NCBI GenBank assembly: GCA_010093705.1
Contig: MU006093.1
Span: 615,557 to 666,047, forward strand
Source of the DNA: Patellaria atrata CBS 101060
Lineage: Eukaryota
Length of the DNA stretch: 50,491 nt
Direction: 5' to 3'
This document shows, piece after piece, positions 47,806-50,491 of this stretch (its first letter is position 1; every line of letters starts with the position of its first letter). Under the pieces are notes generated by a model, which was not told where the DNA came from, did not search any database, and saw nothing but the letters and a program-made list of their open reading frames with translations. A program made the position numbers and the translations under genes.

Positions 47806-48450
47806 ATGCCATTCGCGAGCGTAGATGAGTTTATCGCTGTTAGCAAGCTGATCAAGGACATCGTCACACTCCTTCAAGATGCTAGAGCGGCGACGTCTTA
47901 ATTCCAGGAGCTCCTTCGCGAACTAGAATCACTCGATAAAGTCTTCCGGCACCTTGACCATCTTCAACCTACTGGCACTGGTACTACAAATCTCGACTCC
48001 ATAAAGTTTGCAGCAATCTAGTGTCATAAGTCTCTTGAAGATTTCCTCCAGAGCGTCAAGAAGTATGAGCAGTCTCTCAGTCTGTACGATACGGATAATA
48101 GAATCCAAAGCACAAGGGATAAGCTAAAGTGGGCTTTCTCTCAAAAGGGGATAATAAAGAATTTGCAAGCTTATTAAAAAATTCATATTGGAACTATAAA
48201 CCTTTTGCTTGTGGAATATAGACTGGAAAAGCTAGACCTGTTGAGAACCGAAGCAGAGGCTGCCGATGCGAGGATAGAAGAAAGACTCGGCAATACCGAG
48301 GAGATAATACGCCGAATCAGTGGTACTCTGACTGGACAGGCGATGATTATAGGTAGTGTCCATTCGATGCTCAGCCGGCTTTGCAGCACAATTAGCGGGG
48401 AGGCTATAATAGTAAGGTCACTCACTGATATGGTCGACAAGGTCTGGTGA
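47806..48450 (+). pseudogene. HeLo-like (fungal STAND N-terminal) domain pseudogene
   Basis: MPFASVDEFIAVSKLIKDIV...FQELLRELESL...FLQSVKKYEQSL...KLKWAF; in-frame stops at 47899, 48019 and 48175. Confidence 0.75.
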
Positions 48451-49028
48451 ATTTATCCATCGTATATCCCTCTCCCTTTGCCCGAATGTTTAAATAATAG
48501 CTATTAGACCTGACTAAGCACTCAGTCGGGTATATATACTGGTTCTCCTGCAGTTTCTCCTACAGAAGTACGATCAACTCTACACTTCACTTCACACATT
48601 CATATTTTCCAATAGTTATGAGCCCGGCATAATCCGCTCCTATTAATAACCAACTGTGAGATAAACTGTATCTGCAGGTGCATGGAGTATGTCGCTTCAT
48701 TCTCCATCTATCCACTAAAGGAATTTCTATACATACTCAAGAGCTACCGAGAACACGTATCCAAATCTCAATATATCTAATAGTCGTTGAGATATCTGTT
48801 GAGATAGTGGAGTCAGTTGAGGACGAAACAGATAAATTGTTGAAGAGAGATTTTTTTTGTGCTCCATGCTACTCCGTGGTTGACAGCTGACAGATAGTTG
48901 ACAGATCCACCAAAGGACCCATACTTCAACATTGCCCCTGGTCGCCAGTAGGACCGATACTCCAACAGCTCCACCATCTAACAATACTGTACGAACATAG
49001 TATGATAAAGGTGAGTTAAGTCAAAGAT

Positions 49029-49310
49029 CGTAACATCCAACTTATAGTAAGATATGTTGGTAAGAAGAACTACGAAGAATCTGAATACATGCGTAAAAGA
49101 GCGTCCTTAAGTATTCCTCCTTCCTAGCTCTAAACGAGCACTGCTCCCTCCTGCTCCCATCCCCACTATAGGATGACCTGGGATCACTACGTTTACTAAG
49201 CGTTGGTCACGTGACATTAGCTACGGTTTCTCCATTCCGATGCGTTTCTCACTGTGATTCCTCTCGTCCCTCCTGCTGATAATGCTGCCCCTTGTTTTGT
49301 GGTTATAACA
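49029..49310. repeat. Solo LTR-like repeat related to 12048-12413
   Basis: Shared GTAAC..CCAA..CTTA.AGTAAGATAT..GGTAAGAAGAACTACGAAGAATCT block; ends ATAACA. Confidence 0.6.
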
Positions 49311-49973
49311 TTCTCATAGTCCAATCAATCCAATCCTCTCAAAGGAATCTACGGCATTATGCACTGGAATATATTTCTTGGATTTGAGTCACTACGATCA
49401 TTTCGACACTTCTATAGGGTAATTTGCAGTGCCTCGATGAGCCGTAGAAGTATTTAAGAAGACCCATCTCATGGAATAATAGAGCTGTTAATCATGAAGA
49501 GCCCTATATCATATATCCTATATCACTATGGCACTTCTAAGACGTCTAATTACATATTTAGGAAGTTTATAAATTGAGAGACGATTGAGATCACTTAACC
49601 AACTCGTGGAACACACACATTCAGCTCCATATTACGTTCCTAGCAGGACCTGTCACGCGATCTCAATGATAAAAACCACTTTCAAATTTTTGACTTTATG
49701 ATAAACACCTTCTATTATGGTGAGGTAATCGTCTTAGTATCACTTATAAAGATACATCTTGGATAAGAGTTACGTGATGTTAGGTAGCTACAGGTGATAT
49801 AGATAATTAGGTTATCTACTAGTATCTAGCTATATACTAAGACGTTAAGATAAAGAGAGAAAGGAAAAAGAAAGAGAGGGCTTATCTATAAGTAGGTAAT
49901 CTAGCGTCTGTAAGAGTGTAGCATAAGTTAAAGTATCTTTAAACCGCAATATCTATGTTTTCTAGTTGCCATT

Positions 49974-50252
49974 TGTCACGGGTTAGACCCGATAGGTATA
50001 AGTGCCTTGGATGATCTAGCGGCTTAGCTATGCTATACTTAATAGAACAGCTTACGCTGTTCTGCCACTTTCTCTTACTTTCTTTCCTTAATTTTAAGCT
50101 CCATGCATGATCCAGTAGCTTAGTCATGTTGTACTTTAATAGAACAGCTCACGCTGTTCTGATACTCTCTTTTACTTTCTTTCCTTAAGTTTAAGCTTCA
50201 TGTACATACAGCAATATACCTTTCAGCTCTCATCTGAGGTTGAGCCTTGACA
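49974..50252. mobile_element. Solo LTR with 5-bp TSD and an internal tandem duplication of about 96 bp
   Basis: TG...CA termini; CCATT at 49969-49973 and 50253-50257; duplicated unit at about 50010-50105 and 50106-50202. Confidence 0.92.
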
Positions 50253-50491
50253 CCATTGATTTAGAGTCGCAACCGATGATATTACGTATGGATGTTGGGG
50301 GCCGAGAATCTGTTTCCCTAGCTGGGAGCATTGTCTCATTAATAAAATAGCATCGTCCTTACGGCCTTGAACCTGAAACGTAAATGCGAGGTTATTCATG
50401 CTGGTCAGCATGTCTGGATGCTCTTCCCCAAGCACCCTCTTTCTCGTCTCCATCACTTGCACCTCCAGCTCTTCGGCCTCCTTCCATCGCC
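50223..50491 (-). CDS. 3' end of a TPR-repeat (kinesin-light-chain type) gene, probably an NB-ARC/NACHT-TPR NLR-like protein; partial
   Basis: GRWKEAEELEVQVMETRKRVLGEEHPDMLTSMNNLA consensus; frame runs off the window end. Confidence 0.85.
   Translation of the reverse strand, partial: RWKEAEELEVQVMETRKRVLGEEHPDMLTSMNNLAFTFQVQGRKDDAILLMRQCSQLGKQILGPQHPYVISSVATLNQWCQGSTSDES

Overview
Eukaryotic DNA from a filamentous ascomycete: short GT-AG introns with CTRAC-type branch sites and RIP-like C-to-T damage in repeats. Conserved genes are a zf-PARP protein, a TLC-domain protein, a BTB-like protein, TFB5, a mucin-like membrane protein, an SDR, MTG2, a HAD hydrolase, an Air1/2-like protein, a NOP13-like protein and a PEBP. 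Two repeat-rich accessory patches interrupt them. The first (about 11.5-22.8 kb) holds nested TIR/LTR relics, a RIP-inactivated Fot1/pogo transposon, a poly-His orphan gene and the top candidate system. That system is an intact tandem pair: a HeLo-domain pseudokinase (MLKL-like architecture) followed by an apparently active kinase-SEL1-TPR protein, then an ankyrin relic. The second patch (about 47.8-50.5 kb) holds a HeLo-like-N pseudogene, solo LTRs and the 3' end of an NLR-type TPR gene whose C-terminus was replaced by an LTR insertion. A structured Pol III-like ncRNA candidate lies at about 880-1045, and a chimeric Zn-finger/membrane gene at 39.8-42.9 kb. All family calls come from motif recognition by eye, and the intron models are manual.
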